A stretch of 64,000 bases of DNA from Octopus sinensis (lineage: Eukaryota): positions 199,330,001 through 199,394,000 of the forward strand of contig NC_042997.1 of the NCBI RefSeq assembly GCF_006345805.1, read 5' to 3'. Of the stretch, positions 63,339-64,000 are shown piece after piece. Position numbers and translations under genes: made by a program. Each line of letters opens with the position of its first letter. Position 1 is the first letter of the stretch. The notes below the pieces were generated by a model, which searched no databases, was not told the origin of the DNA, and was given only the letters and a program-made list of their open reading frames with translations.

Positions 63339-64000
63339 TTAAAAACATCAAATCCAATAAGATAATACTTTAAGAACAGATAAGTATGATATAATATAGT
63401 AACATATTTAAAGAATAATGTTCTTGAATTGTCTATATGAGAAAATAGAACATCTTAAAGCAATCAAAGCACCCACCGATACAAGTATTATGGGTGTTGT
63501 AAAATTGTACAGACAAGACAAAATAGCCAAGAAATTTGATTGATAAATTAAATAAGTGGTGCAAATTGAGTCTGAGATTTTGAGTTTCAGGTTTGATTTT
63601 CTATAAATCTCTTTGCTAGGTTGATGGGTGAAGGAATAACATTAATTTAATTCATCAGGTGACATTTAGACATTTAAATGGAGAATGCCATAAATTACAG
63701 CAAACCGTTGTACATTTAGGTATAATATTTCCTATATTAATATCACCAAGTAATATTCTAAATAACGAAGTGAATAAACAACTATTAAATTTCAGTTTCT
63801 CTTTGATGCACCTGTTAATTAATTTCTAAGATCCAATAGAAACTACTTTACGTCAAGGAATTGTGTCATAAAAGTTGAAAGACGAAATCCTGGAGAAGAG
63901 GAAGTGTAAATAGAGCATTTAAATGGGAATAGCTAGTTTGTGAAATGGGAATCTTTCCTGATTGAAACTAAAAAGATTGAACCAATAAAAAAGTGGAAAT

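Overview
AT-rich eukaryotic (metazoan) intronic or intergenic DNA; the repeat families resemble those of octopus/coleoid cephalopod genomes (recognition from memory, no search run). No complete gene, rRNA, true tRNA gene or CRISPR array can be supported, and almost all listed six-frame ORFs are by-products of repeats and microsatellites. The window is packed with three families of tRNA-headed SINEs and many 5'-truncated RTE-LINE 3' ends. It also holds fossils of CR1-like, RLE-type (R4/NeSL-like) and Penelope-like (PLE) retroelements, mariner/Tc1 fragments, and piggyBac- and hAT-like MITEs. A few isolated candidate exons point to an unidentified host gene, probably on +. The most notable unexplained layer is a set of hammerhead-ribozyme-topology motifs and long near-perfect palindromes, probably PLE-derived: an intact type I hammerhead (58967-59060, minus), a hammerhead with a naturally swapped G3-C8 core pair (44166-44216, minus), a hammerhead inside 118-bp inverted arms (23567-23912), and a tRNA-headed SINE carrying a hammerhead plus an inverted copy of its own 3' end (50452-50756). 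Dispersed-repeat boundaries are approximate unless a TSD is quoted.
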